A DNA stretch of 63,671 nucleotides, filler included, from Thraustochytrium aureum (taxonomy: Eukaryota): the NCBI GenBank assembly GCA_012862495.1. It is 6 parts of 6 records of this genome, joined end to end, with 100 filler letters (N's around TTAATTAATTAA, not from the genome) between each part and the next. Parts side by side here need not be neighbours in the genome. Positions count along the whole stretch, not along the records: positions 1 to 14,493 come from BLSG01000303.1; 5 more parts are not named here. One strand, 5' to 3'. The translations under genes and the position numbers were made by a program. The notes under the pieces were generated by a model. It was not told where the DNA came from. It saw only the letters and a list, made by a program, of their open reading frames with translations, and ran no database searches. Positions 1-11,385 of this stretch are shown piece after piece. How positions within the stretch are numbered: position 1 is the first letter of the stretch; each line of letters opens with the position of its first letter.

Positions 1-171
1 CTTAGAAATAAAAGTTGAAAAGCGCAGCGCAACGACACAGAGTCGATCAACGAACGCCGCTGAGCTCGAGCAAGAGCAGGCGGGGCGACAGGGGCAGGCG
101 GCTCTGAGCTTGTAGTAGCAGCCCCTATTTGGAAGGTTGCAATTCATGCACAGACCCAGCCTGCGCCGATC

Positions 172-1243
172 TTAATTGCACAGGTCGGCGGCGTCCGTTT
201 CCCCAAGAATCGACTTGCTCGGCGTCGTTGGCCCCACGGCTGGCGCGACGCGGCTCTTTGCGTTGTGCGCTGGTTTGGCTTGCTCGAGTCTCCAAAAACT
301 GATTATGAAGAGTGCTTCCAGCTGCAGAGCGCCAAGAATCTGGTACGTCATGACGATCATGTAGAACGTTGGGTCGTATGCCGCTTGAGAGACCGCAAGA
401 GAAGCTGAGGTGGGGCGCACACGTAGGTAGATGGTGTCACCGACTGTCTGAAGACCACGCAAGCCGTGAATGAAAAGACTTACCAAAGAGTGGGATGGCC
501 AAAAGCGGGGCGATGCCGAAGAAAATGGTGAGTTTGACGATCTTTCTCCGAACGTTGTCTAGCAGACGACGTTGGTCTTGCGGGAAGCCAGAGACATTCA
601 CTTGTCGAATTGCCACGAGCGCCTGGCGGCCGAACGCCACGCTGGCAACACTGATGTAGAGGACAGGGATGATGGCGACTCCATTTATGACGCGAAGGGC
701 CAGCGCAAAGGAAAACAGCGTTCGGTTCCGCGGGTCTGCAAAACCCATGTCATGCGCGAAGAGCGTGGTGAAGGCAGCCATAAGGACGAGGAATGGCGCT
801 TGCACAGAGTACCTCCCGAGAGCTTCCACGCGGCTGGAGGGAAAATTGATTTTGAGCATCTGGGTTGAGCGGATTACAGCGCGAAGGCCCTCGAGCCACT
901 TTATTGTTCGGAGCATTTGGCAGGCAAACAAAAGAGTGAGAAGCATGGCGCCCGCGTAGATGCGCACTGGTTTTGTTGGGGGCAGCACGCCCACGTTGCA
1001 GACACTGCCAAATAGCACGCTAGCGCCGCTCTGCACGACTCCGAGTGCAGAGATGTAGAGTCCGACGTTCTTGCGTGCCCCGGCAAGGCCATCCACGGAT
1101 TTCAGCCTCTTGACCACGATCGCACCGCTCAGCAGCGCGCAGAGCGAGAAGAGCGTCGTGCTGATCGCGACAGTGACACGCACGGTGTCTTCGTTCACAT
1201 CTGGAAAGTTTCTGGCCACGTCGAGGTCGCCACGATTGAACAT
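172..1243 (-). CDS. Seven-transmembrane (GPCR-like topology) membrane protein, 2 exons (putative 40-nt intron 483-444)
   Basis: ATG at 1243. ORF 437..1408 joins ORF 172..486 through a GTAAGT (483)...ACAG (444) intron that restores the frame (LF-V-GDTIYL). Seven hydrophobic segments counted in the joined protein. Confidence 0.6.
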
Positions 1244-1461
1244 CGTGGCTCCTGAGGCAAGCTGTGCGCGGAGACCTGCGACTGCCAACTTGGTCGCTTG
1301 GCAGTGGCTGGCCAAGGCATGTACCAAGCTCCTTGGTATCTCGTTGCGCGCCGCGCAGGGCTTGCGGTTTGAATCGGCCGCCGGCTGCCCGCGGTCGCGC
1401 GGGCGCACAGATTTGGAATCAATCCGTTGAATTGTGCTCTTATGTATGTGCTTTCCAATGG

Positions 1462-1505
1462 CCCTCTAGCTCTAGCTAGCTAGAGCTAGCTCTAGCTAGA
1501 GAGAG
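1462..1505. repeat. (CTAG/AGCT) palindromic low-complexity tract
   Basis: ctctagctctagctagctagagctagctctagctagagag, upstream of the 7TM gene. Confidence 0.7.
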
Positions 1506-2290
1506 CCACTTGGAGGCCGCCAATCCGCTATGTGTCGGTGCGGTGAAGGCGCTGTGGTTGGCTCGCAGGACGCTTCGAGGCGGGCCGATCGCGTTGACTC
1601 GCGGGCACTTGCTCTGGCACAGATCAAATACGCTGGCACCTTACCCAATTGAGTTATCTTTTTTGAATCCAATGGTACTCCACGGCACTCGTCGAGAACT
1701 CGGTAATCAACGTGACACGCTGCTGCTACCGCCCACGGAAGTCTTCCCGGCCTTTGACGGCGCTCTGACTGCGGACACCGCAACTGGCCGGTTCGACATT
1801 GGCTAAAGCCCGGCCATGACGCTTGCCCAGGCGGCCGGCGTCCTCGACGAAAACAACAAGCCGACGGCCGATGCTCGAGTCCTGCTATGGCTCACCTGCG
1901 TGAGAAAGAGAAGGCCGTCGCCGCTGAGTTCGTGGGCGAGTTGACACCGAAAGCCGCTCCTCAGGGATTGGTACTACTCGGTATGTAGTCCGGGGTAGGC
2001 AATCGACAGACGTAGTACAGAGGACGTACCTACCTGGGTTGGTCTGCTCTGCTCAGCTGAAGGTCCGCGAGTTGGACGGCGGCAATTGGACGGCGGCTCG
2101 AGCTTCTGCAAGTGGCGCCGCATTGATGTTGTCAAAAGCGATCACAACCTTAACCGTTGGGTTAGGGTTATGCTTGAATGCGGTCGAGCAGACGTGTAAC
2201 GAATTATGCAATTGAGCGCGCGACGCGCAGTACAGCACTCGAGAGGAGGCAGGTGAGCTTGGCGTTGCGCCCCTCCCCCCGCGCCCCGCA

Positions 2291-3567
2291 ATGGCTGCCA
2301 CGTGGCTGCCGGTGAGAATGATCCGTGGGGGCACAAGCAAGGGGTTATTCATGAGGGCAGGCGACTTGGCCAAGGCGAGCACAGTGCTTGGCCGCGACGC
2401 CCTACTTCTCAAGGTGATGGGCAGCCCAGACGCAAGCGGCATGCAGCTGGACGGTGTCGGCGGCGGGATCAGCAGCACGTCCAAGGTGGGCGTCATCGAC
2501 GTCTCGCAAAGGGACGGGCGCGGCATGGTCGACTACAACTTTGCTCAAGTAGCCCTCCGAGAGGCCGCAGTTGACTGGGAGGCAAGCTGCGGCAACCTGG
2601 CCGCTGCAGTAGGCCTCTACGCCCGAGACGAGGCGCTTGTTGCAGCTTCCGACTCGCACTTTTCGCCACACCACTGCGCCATCCCGGTCTGGCAGGTCAA
2701 CGCCAACTACGAGATGTGCGTGCATGTCCCGCGCGACGACGCAGCGGTGCCGACCACGGACTGGGTTGAGGTGGCAGGCGTGCCGGGAACCGCGCCGCCC
2801 ATCCTCGTTGAGGTCGTTGACCCTTGCCGCGGCCAGAAGCACGACCTGTTCCCAACTGGCCATGTCTGCGAAAAGCTCGAGCTTCGTGACGGCCGGCGAA
2901 TCGAAGCCACACTACTCTGGGCAGCAAACCCGACCATATTTGTCGCCGCGAGCGCGCTGGGCCTTGCCGGGACGGAGCTGCCTGATCAGATTGACTACAA
3001 GGGCAGCGTGCAACCAGAGGTGGAGCACCTCATCCGCCAGGCCGCTCACCGCATGGGCGCGNNNNNNNNNNNNNNNNNNNNNNNNNNNNNNNNNNNNNNN
3101 NNNNNNNNNNNNNNNNNNNNNNNNNNNNNNNNNNNNNNNNNNNNNNNNNNNNNNNNNNNNNNNNNNNNNNNNNNNNNNNNNNNNNNNNNNNNNNNNNNNN
3201 NNNNNNNNNNNNNNNNNNNNNNNNCCATATGCGCCGCATCCGTGGACATCCTCAGCCGCATCACCACGGAAGGGCGCGTCCATCATGCCCATACGGCGAC
3301 AGGCGCCCTCAACCTCGGTGTTGCATCAGCTATTCCCGGGACTGTACCGCATGCGCAGGCTAGGCTCAGCCGCCATCGTGAGGGCAGGGCGACCAGGGCC
3401 TGAACGCCGGGCCAGTCTCGTCGAGCCTGCGTATCGGTCACCCGGCGGGAGTGCTTGAAGTCTCCGCGCGTGTGTCTGGCCCTCCATGGCGCGCGCACAG
3501 CGTGGGCATGGTCCGAACGGCCCGCACACTGCTCGTGGGGGCCGTGCCGGTCCCAGCCATCAGCTAG
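2291..3567 (+). CDS. prpF: PrpF-family (2-methylaconitate cis-trans isomerase-like) protein; spans N gap, frameshift near 3360-3420
   Basis: Motifs MIRGGTSKGLF, MGSPD..GMQLDGVGGGISSTSKV, SCGNLAAAVG and HHAHTATG. The C-terminal LRIGHPAGVLEV...MVRTARTLL lies in another frame ending TAG 3565-3567. Confidence 0.85.
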
Positions 3568-4149
3568 AATTCCGATTCGTTCCCTCCTACTACAATCAAA
3601 CGGCGTGGACTGCGCGCGCAACGTTGCTTGCTCTGCACCACGCAGTCAGAGCTGCCTCGTTCGCCGCGTCCGCAGGCCCGGGACTCGTGGCCAGCCCCAC
3701 GGGCAACGACCTGCCGCAAGGAGACTCGGCCGATGCAACTCTGCCGCAGCCACTGCGGGAGCCACTCTCGCTCCAGTCGGAGGCGGAGAGCAGCTACGGC
3801 GGGTCCTCGTCGCCTCCTCCTGCGCACCGCAGCGGCGTACACGACGACAGCAACGAGAACGACCGCCTGGCGGACGCGTCGAACAACGAGAGGTGTCGCG
3901 CTGGGCACGCAGACCGGGCGCGCCGAGCTCGTGCACGGCGTCAGTGGTGCAGCAAGCAGCTCGGGGCGCACAAGCGGCGCGCGGAGGCCACGAAGGCCAT
4001 GAAGCTCGTGCGAGACGCGCCGGCATCGACAAACAACAAAATTCAAATTCAAAATTCAAACAAAGTGCTCCAGAGGATAATTCGCCTACATACCAGCTCT
4101 GAAAAGCAACGCCTAGGGCTTCAAGAGCGTGTACCGAGGGCCGACCTCT

Positions 4150-4440
4150 TCTGAGGGCCAATCGAGGGGTGGCTGGACGACCAATTTGAGTGGAGCGTGC
4201 GGTCAGAGGGCGAGTCGAGAGTGGACAGACATCGTCGTTTGAGTGAAGTGCTGTGTCTGAGGGCGAATCGAGTGTGACTGGACATGGTCGTTTGGGTGGA
4301 GCATGCGGTCAGAGAGCGAGCCGAGAGTGGATAAGCGCCCTGTCTGAGGGCGAGTCGAGAGTGGCTGGACACTGTCGTTTGGGCGTAGCGCGCTGTCAGA
4401 GGGCGAGTCGAGGGTGGCTGGACACTGTCGTTTGTGTCGT
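4150..4440 (+). repeat. Degenerate tandem repeat, ~53-bp unit, 6 copies (one truncated)
   Basis: Units start at 4150, 4203, 4256, 4309, 4343 and 4396. Consensus TCWGAGGGCGAGTCGAGAGTGGCTGGACAYNGTCGTTTG..., followed by (TGCG)n. Confidence 0.9.
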
Positions 4441-4624
4441 TTGTGCGTCGTGCGTGCGTGCGTGCGTGCGGTGGTGGAGAGAGGAGTCGGTTTTGGTGAT
4501 GGAGGCCGCGCTGATTGTCGCAGACTGCGATTGACGATTGACGCACGAGCGCGCGAAAGAGAGAAAGGAAGGCAGGCCGAAGACGGGAGCTTGGTCGTCG
4601 GCGGCTGGGAAGCGGACAAGGAGG

Positions 4625-5856
4625 ATGTCGAGCGCGATGATGTCGATTCGGCGGTTTGCGGTGCGCGGCGCTGCGCGGCCCGTGGCGAGCCGGAATATGG
4701 CGACGATTGCGCCGCATGGAGGCAAGCTGATGGACAAGATGGTCACGGACGAGAAGGAGAAGGTGGAGCTGGCCAAGCAGGCCGATGTGACGATCGAGCT
4801 CTCCGATCGGCAGTCGTGCGACGTCGAGCTGCTGACCAACGGCGCGTTCAGCCCGCTGGGCGGCTTCATGAATAAGGAGCAGTACGAGAGCGTCGTGGAC
4901 AACTACAGGCTGCCGGACGGCAACCTGTTTGGGCTCCCCGTCGTCTACGATACCGACCGCGACGACCTCGTGCCCGGTAAGAAGGCGCTCTTCACGTACA
5001 AGGGCAAGGGGATCGCCGTGCTCGACATCCAGGACCGCTGGACCCCGGACAAGACCAAGGAGGCCAAAAAGTGCTTTGGCACGAGCGAGCTCGAGCACCC
5101 TGGCACCCGCGTGCTCGCGTTCGAGCGCAAGAGCACGTACCTCGGCGGCGAGCTCAAGGGCCTCGCCCGGCCGGAGCGCATCTTCCCGTGCGCCAGCCCC
5201 GCAGAGGTCCGCGAGCAGCTCAAGGAGTTTGAGGACGTGGTCGCCTTCCAGTGCCGCAACCCGCTGCACCAGGCCCACTACAACCTGGCGATCCGCTCGC
5301 TTGACGCGGACAGCGTCAACAAGGCCAAGGCGGCCCTCCTGATCAACCCGACCTGCGGCCCCACCCAGGAGGACGACATCTCGGGCGAGGTCCGCTACCA
5401 CACTTATGTCGTGCTGGAGAAGGAGCTCAACGAGCGCGAGCCGGACAACAAGGTGCGCTGGGCGTACCTGCCGTACTCGATGCTCATGGCCGGCCCGCGC
5501 GAGGCGCTCCAGCACATGCTCATCCGCAAGAACTTTGGCTGCACCCACTTTGTGTGGGGCGCGACATGGCCGGGTCCAAGAGCTCGATCACCGGCGAGGA
5601 CTACTATGGCGCCTACGACGCCCAGGACTTTGCGCACTCGATTTCGGAGGAGCTGGGCGTCAAGGTCGTGCCCTCGCTCAACCTCGTCTACACCCAGGAG
5701 GAGGGCTACATCACCGCCGACGTCGCCAAGGAGAAGGGGTACCACCCGCTCAAGCTCTCGGGCACCGAGTTCCGCCGCAAGCTGCGGGCGGGCGAGGACA
5801 TCCCCGAGTGGTTTGCCTTTAAGAGCGTCGTCGACGTCCTGCGCCAGCACGTCTAA
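4625..5856 (+). CDS. sat: ATP sulfurylase (sulfate adenylyltransferase) with N-terminal presequence; 1-nt frameshift ~5553
   Basis: APHGGKL, GAFSPLGGFM, VAFQCRNPLHQAH, MLMAGPREALQHMLIRKNFGCTHF, then GRDMAG...YGAYDAQ...LSGTEFRRKL..G..IPEWF in the next frame (ORF 5554..5856). Confidence 0.95.
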
Positions 5857-6077
5857 GCGCGCGCGCGCTGGCTGGTGCCCGGCGCTTGCTGCACTTGCTG
5901 CCTGGCGCGTCTCCGAGGCGCTGCGCCACGGTGCCGGATCTCGGCAAATGATCAAAGGTCTGCTCTCGTTCGTATCTCAAGAACTAGCTAGTAGAAACAA
6001 ACATGCGCTCGCTCATCCGCTCCAGCCCTGACACCAGGCGGACAGACGTTCGTGTTGTTGCTTCTTGTTCCCTCGTA

Positions 6078-8294
6078 TCAACAGCCGTCCGGGCCGGACC
6101 CCGCGCCCACGAGCGCCGCAACCTCCGCCTTGAGCGCGCCAGCATTTGACCGAAGCTCTGCGCCACCCTGGTCGTCCACCAGGCCAAGCTGAATCATGAG
6201 CTCTGCGTACTCGTCTGACAACGCAGCGAGTTTGGCGAGCGCCGCTGCACCGAGCTCGTCCTCGGCGTCATGCATCCCAATCAGCGCGTCGCGCACCTGG
6301 TCGAGCCGCTCGCACTTGGCCGCTCGTACATCGTCGTCGCTCTGGTCCGGCCCGCAATCTTTCGCGGCTACAGCCACGCGCGGCCGCGGGGCGTCCGCTG
6401 GGCGACCAACACGAGCTGCGTTTGCCTCGGCGACGAGAGACGAGGCTGCTGCGCGGGAAGGAAGCACCCGCAGCTCGAGCCAGCCCCTCTCGGCAAGTGC
6501 GGCTCCTAACGAGCCGAGGAGCTCTAGGAGCGCCTCGCGGGTGGTCGACCCGGGCGCGTAGACAGCTCGAAGCGGCTCTGGCTCGGCAGTGGCACCAACC
6601 TTGCAGGCCTCCAAGCGCTCGCGGAGAGCCTCGGTGTCCAAGTTGACGCCGTAAACACGAGCTGCGTCTGCGGCGCGCGGGCGCCCGATACTGCTCAGAC
6701 GTTTCCTGGTTGCTGCCAACGCCGTGTTCGTGGCCGTGGCGCGCGCCGTGGCCGAGCTGCCCCACGTCGCAAACCTGCGGGGCCGCGGGCGGACGGCGTC
6801 GTCCCAAAACCCCCGCCCGCGGACATCTAGCTGCGCGCCAGCGCTGGCCCACTCGACAACAACACGGGGATCTTGGGCCACCCAGAGCACCCCCTTTGAA
6901 CGAATCACGTTGCACGAGCCGAACAAGAATTCCGCGTCCTTCGCCAGCGCTGCGACGCGGACCGCATCGAGTGGAACGTCTGTCTCGAACGAGAGCGAAC
7001 GGATGCCGTACTCTTCTGTCTCTGGCACGTGCTGCCCCCGAAGCTCGGCGAGCCAGCCAGGCGCCTGCGCTGCCCCAGAGATATCGAAGCGACCGGTGTT
7101 GATAATGCAGGATGGGTCGACCTGTGAGAAGCAAGCGCAAACCACCTCCGCAGACGGGTTGAGCGAAACAACCATGGCCCGCGTCTTGTCGAGTTGCTCT
7201 GGGGAAACGAGGTCTGTCTTGTTCAGCACGACAACGTTGGCGAACTCCACCTGGTCCTACAAGCAGGGCAGCAATCGTTCGCTGGTCCCCCTCCGCGGCT
7301 TGCCAGTTGCGGTCTGTCAGTGTCTCGGGCGTGCCGAGATTGTCTAAGAACGAGCTCGCGTCCACCACCGTCACCATGGTGTCGAGGCGCGCGACGCGGG
7401 AGAGCGAGCGGCCGGCAATGTCCTCGAGCAGAAAGGTCTGGGCGACCGGGATCGGCTCCGAGATCCCCGTGCTCTCGATCAGAACATAATCCACAGCTTG
7501 CTCTGGCGGCCTCGATGCGATGCGCAGCACTTCGTTCAACAGGTCGTCTCGAAGGGTGCAGCAGATGCAGCCGTTCGACAGCTCGACCAGCTCGTCAGTC
7601 GCCTGGGTCACCGAAACGTGCCCAGAGCCGATCAGTGCGGCATCAATGTTGATCTCGCTCATATCGTTGACGATCAGGGCGACCCTGAGCCCGACTTGGT
7701 TGGCCAATACATGCGTGAGAAGTGTCGTCTTGCCGCTCCCCAAAAAGCCGGAAAGCACAGTCACCGGAATCTGACGCGGCGCGCCCTCTGCAACAGCGTC
7801 CGAGGCCACGCCCGCTTGAAGGCCGGCCTTCGTCATGACGACCCCAGCGAGCCTCGCGGCGTCCTCCGGGACGAGGTGCGCGATCTCGAGCTCGAGCGCT
7901 GCCACAGCCTCTGCGCCTCCGCCGGGCGCTGGCGTTTCCAGGAGCTGCTGCCGGAGGCTCTCTTTCATATCGCGGTACAACTGCGTGCGCGTATCGAGCG
8001 CAAACGCGACGCAGATGGCCTTGTAGCACTTGCCCACCTCGCCAAGGGCTTGCAGGGCTTGAGCGAGGCGAAAGTACCCCTTGGCCCAAGCCGGCTGGAG
8101 GCGAATACAGTCGCGCGCGTCTTGCACGGCCGCTGCAAACTCGCCGAGCCGCAGCCGCGCAGCAGCTCTGTTCGACAGCACTGTCGCGTTCTCTGGCTCT
8201 GCCTCGTGCGCGAGCGAGAACAGCTCGGCGGCCAGGCCGAACTCCTTGGCCTTGAACGCCGAGATCCCGCGCGCAAAGGCTCCGAGCCCTCCAT
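6078..8294 (-). CDS. TPR + CobW/COG0523 zinc-chaperone GTPase fusion (frameshifts ~8280, ~7252)
   Basis: TPR repeats (LSNRAAARLRLGEF..A..DA..CI.LQPAWAKGYFR), IPVTVLSGFLGSGKTT, IVNDMSEINIDA, ELSNGCICCTLR, IESTGISEP, EFANVVVLNKTDL, HVPETEEYGI, IRSKG. Start at ATG 8294 is inferred. Confidence 0.9.
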
Positions 8295-8543
8295 TGCCTC
8301 GCGCCGCCCAGGCCTTCGCGGCCCGCCCAGCTCGCTTGCCTGCGCTAGCCGGACGCGGGGCGAGCGGGGCGAGCGGGGCGACAGGCCTGGCTGCGCCTGA
8401 GCACAGCCTNNNNNNNNNNNNNNNNNNNNNNNNNNNNNNNNNNNNNNNNNNNNNNNNNNNNNNNNNNNNNNNNNNNNNNNNNNNNNNNNNNNNNNNNNNN
8501 NNNNNNNNNNNNNNNNNNNNNNNNNNNNNNNNNNNNNNNNNNN

Positions 8544-8950
8544 GCGATCATCGCGAGCGTGAGCGGCGTGGCGCTGTACACGGGGAGCAACGTAGAATCG
8601 CCGCGGGAGCGGTGCCCTCCAAGCTCATGCTCGGGGTGGGGTCGGTCTTCATGGGCAGCGGCACGATACAGTACGTCATGTCTGTCCTCGCGTTCGAGTC
8701 GAGCCCAGCGATGCTGGCCTGGGCGCTGTCGAACGCCGGGCTCTTGCTTGGCCTATACGGCGCCGCGGTCTACCGATTCGTCTCGCACATTGACGCCACG
8801 CTGGCCGAGGCCACCGCGCCAAACGGCGGCGAGGGGGCCGACGCTGAGGCTGTGGAGCCGCTGTTCGGCAGCACGGACGGCGGCCTCGAGGCCCGGGGCA
8901 GCCTCGAGGCCGAGGACCAGCTCGAGGCCGCGGACCAGGCCTTGAGGCGA
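8544..8950 (+). CDS. 3' fragment of a small membrane protein (5' end in N gap)
   Basis: Hydrophobic segments LMLGVGSVFMGSGTIQYVMSVLAF and AMLAWALSNAGLLLGLYGAAVY with coding-like codon use. Boundaries uncertain. Confidence 0.35.
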
Positions 8951-9178
8951 TGGCAGAGGCCGAGTTTTCGTCTACTCGCGAGCGCGCGATGCCAAACCTG
9001 GCAGGGTGGCTCCCGTTTGGCAGGTCTGGCGGATCCTCGTAGTCGGACTGGACTGCCAGGGGCGAGCTCGAGCAACAGGGCGTGCCCCCCCTCTGGGGCC
9101 TTGGCCGAAGAAAAGCAAAGTATGATTCCAATTTCTGTTTTGACCGCGGAATGGCCAGCCAGCGGGCCGGCTTGGCCA

Positions 9179-11148
9179 TCACATCTTGAGCCACTTGGGC
9201 TTGCCAGGCTTGGGCTGAGCGCGCTGGGCCCCGTCAGCCGCGGCCGCAATCTCGACTGGCTCGGGCCTGCTGTTCCCAGAGGGCGCCAGAGGCAGCGAGG
9301 CAGGAAACGAGGTATCGTCGATCTGCATCGCCTCGGGGCCGGTCGCGTCGCTGAGCGCATCGGCGAGATAATCTGCGGGAGGGGAGGTGCCAGCCTCCCA
9401 TGCGAGATAGACGAGCGCCGCTGGCACAAGACCTAGCGAGTCCAGGCGCGCCGCCGGCTCGAGCTGCTGGCGCGGAGGAGTTGTGTACAGGTGAAACTGG
9501 AGCGGCTCCAAGCTCGGGACCAGAGACGCCGCAACCAGCGCGACAATGTCTGCCACGGTCTCCCGGGGCGAAAAGTAGGCCTGGAACACGAGGCGGTCAG
9601 GAAACTGGACGCGAACCAGCGTCCGCGTGTAGACCCGCGCGCGACGCAGCGCATCGAGGTCACGCATCGCCTTTGTCGAGAACGACTCGCTGGCCTTTTG
9701 CTTGCGGATGCGTGCACGCGCCTCTGCGAGCTGCAGGCGGGCGTCGTCTGGGTCGTCGGCGTCGTCCGTGGTAGTGCCTTCGAGCAAGTTCTCGGCGGCG
9801 CCGTCCAGGCCTCCAACGGGAGCAGGTTTGTCCTCTTCGGAGAAGTTTCGCGGGTTGAAGCGCGGGTCCGCGGAGGGCTGGATGACCCTAATGGCGCGGT
9901 CGGGAATGCCTGCAGCGTCTAAGAGCTCCTTGCGGCGCCTTTTCAGCTCGCGCAGCTCGAGGTCAACTCGAGATGCGCCGCCGCGAGGTTGAGGGGCTAT
10001 GCGCGTCACGTTTGTCTTGTACGGGTCAAACTCAAAAGGCTCTTCGCTCTGGGGCGCTGCCACTTGGGCGGCCGCGGCGTTTCTCTCGGACGCGGCCTGC
10101 ATGAGTTTTCCGACCTCGGCCCTGGGGACACCAACCTGCTCGCACAAATCTGCAAGTCGGTTGGCAGCTGATTCGAGCACGGAGCGGCTTTCCGACTCGG
10201 GGCGGAGCACGAGATGGCCCCCCTTGGGGAGCAAACCCCACTGCTGCGAGGACGTTGAGCGCGCCAGGGAACCGGCCGACCTTGTTGTGAAACGACGTGT
10301 TGTCCAAGCGAAGCTGGCGCACCTTTGCGTCCCCGGGGCGAGAGAGCGCTGCAAGGATAAGCTTTAGGAGTGTGCTCGCCATGATGCGCGTATCGGCGTC
10401 AAAGTATTGGTCGCGCAGTTTGGCTACCGCCGCGCAAACGTCTTGGCGGGCAGGGGCAGGGGCAGGGGCCGGCGACGGGGACGTGGGCGGCTCGGCCGGC
10501 GCTGCCTTGGCGCCTGGCGGCCGCTCGGAGTCTCCCGCGACATCGGGCGGGCGTTCGTGCAACTTTGCATAGGTCTTGGCCGAGTCTGAGGGCGTTCTCG
10601 TTGTGGCGACGCGGAGCGCTGCGGAGCCCTCGACCAGTCCTAGCGACCGCAGCGTCCGGCGCGCGAGGTCCGCCTCGTCGACGCGCTGATTAAAGTACTG
10701 CACGCTGGCAACGGTATCGGAAGGAGGGGCGCCTTCCTGCTCAGCAAGGCGGAGGACTTGGGCGAGCGAGGCGCTGGCGGCCACCTTGACTGGAACCGAC
10801 ACTCCCGAGTCGAATCTGAGTTGCAGGTGCACCGCATCCTGCCCTGGGCTGCACCATTGAGTGAGGCAGTGTCTTGTCGCTGGCCAGGCGCGAGCTGCAT
10901 CTCGAGCTGCGCATTGTTCAACAACCCGGTGAGCCGGAAGGGCAAGGAGAGGTCCAGGGCCTTACCCTTGTGGCGCAGCACGTACAGTTCGGGGTCGAGC
11001 GCAGCCCCGCCGACTCCGGGCGGCGCGAACTGCGCGCACGCGGCTCTAACGACATCCCTGAGCGTTGTGCTCGGCGTGGCCACGCGAACCTTCTCCTTGC
11101 GCCCGTTAAACGCGACCGCCAGCACTCCGGCGGCGCGCCCTTGCCCGC
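9179..11148 (-). CDS. TUG/ASPSCR1-like p97 cofactor: UBL1 + UBL + PUB + UBX (frameshifts ~10842, ~10228; start in N gap)
   Basis: TUG-UBL1 (KVRVATPSTTLRDVVRAACAQF...LRHKGKALDLSLPFRLTGLLNNAQLEM), PUB (LLKLI..ALSRPGDAKVRQLRLDN..FHNKVG..GALNVL.AVGF), UBX (YTRTLVRVQFPDRLVFQAYF...LYTTPP...LGLVPAALV), C-terminal PKWLKM. Confidence 0.8.
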
Positions 11149-11385
11149 TNNNNNNNNNNNNNNNNNNNNNNNNNNNNNNNNNNNNNNNNNNNNNNNNNNN
11201 NNNNNNNNNNNNNNNNNNNNNNNNNNNNNNNNNNNNNNNNNNNNNNNNNNNNNNNNNNNNNNNNNNNNNNNNNNNNNNNNNNNNNNNNNNNNNNNNNNNN
11301 NNNNNNNNNNNNNNNNNNNNNNNNNNNNNNNNNNNNNNNNNNNNNNNNNNNNNNNNNNNNNNNNNNNNNNNNNNNNNNNNNNNNC

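Noticed and set aside
3455..4161. Overlapping 160-220 aa ORFs between prpF and the repeat array
   Set aside because: No motifs and GC-rich low-complexity translations; the start of these ORFs overlaps the true PrpF C-terminus.
4150..4440. CRISPR array
   Set aside because: The variable parts of the units are homologous to each other (not unique spacers), the repeats are degenerate, no cas genes are present and the context is eukaryotic.
2291..8294. Bacterial operon or contamination (prpF-sat-cobW)
   Set aside because: Genes are not co-oriented as an operon, sat has a eukaryotic presequence, and the same scaffold carries ARP2 and a UBX protein.
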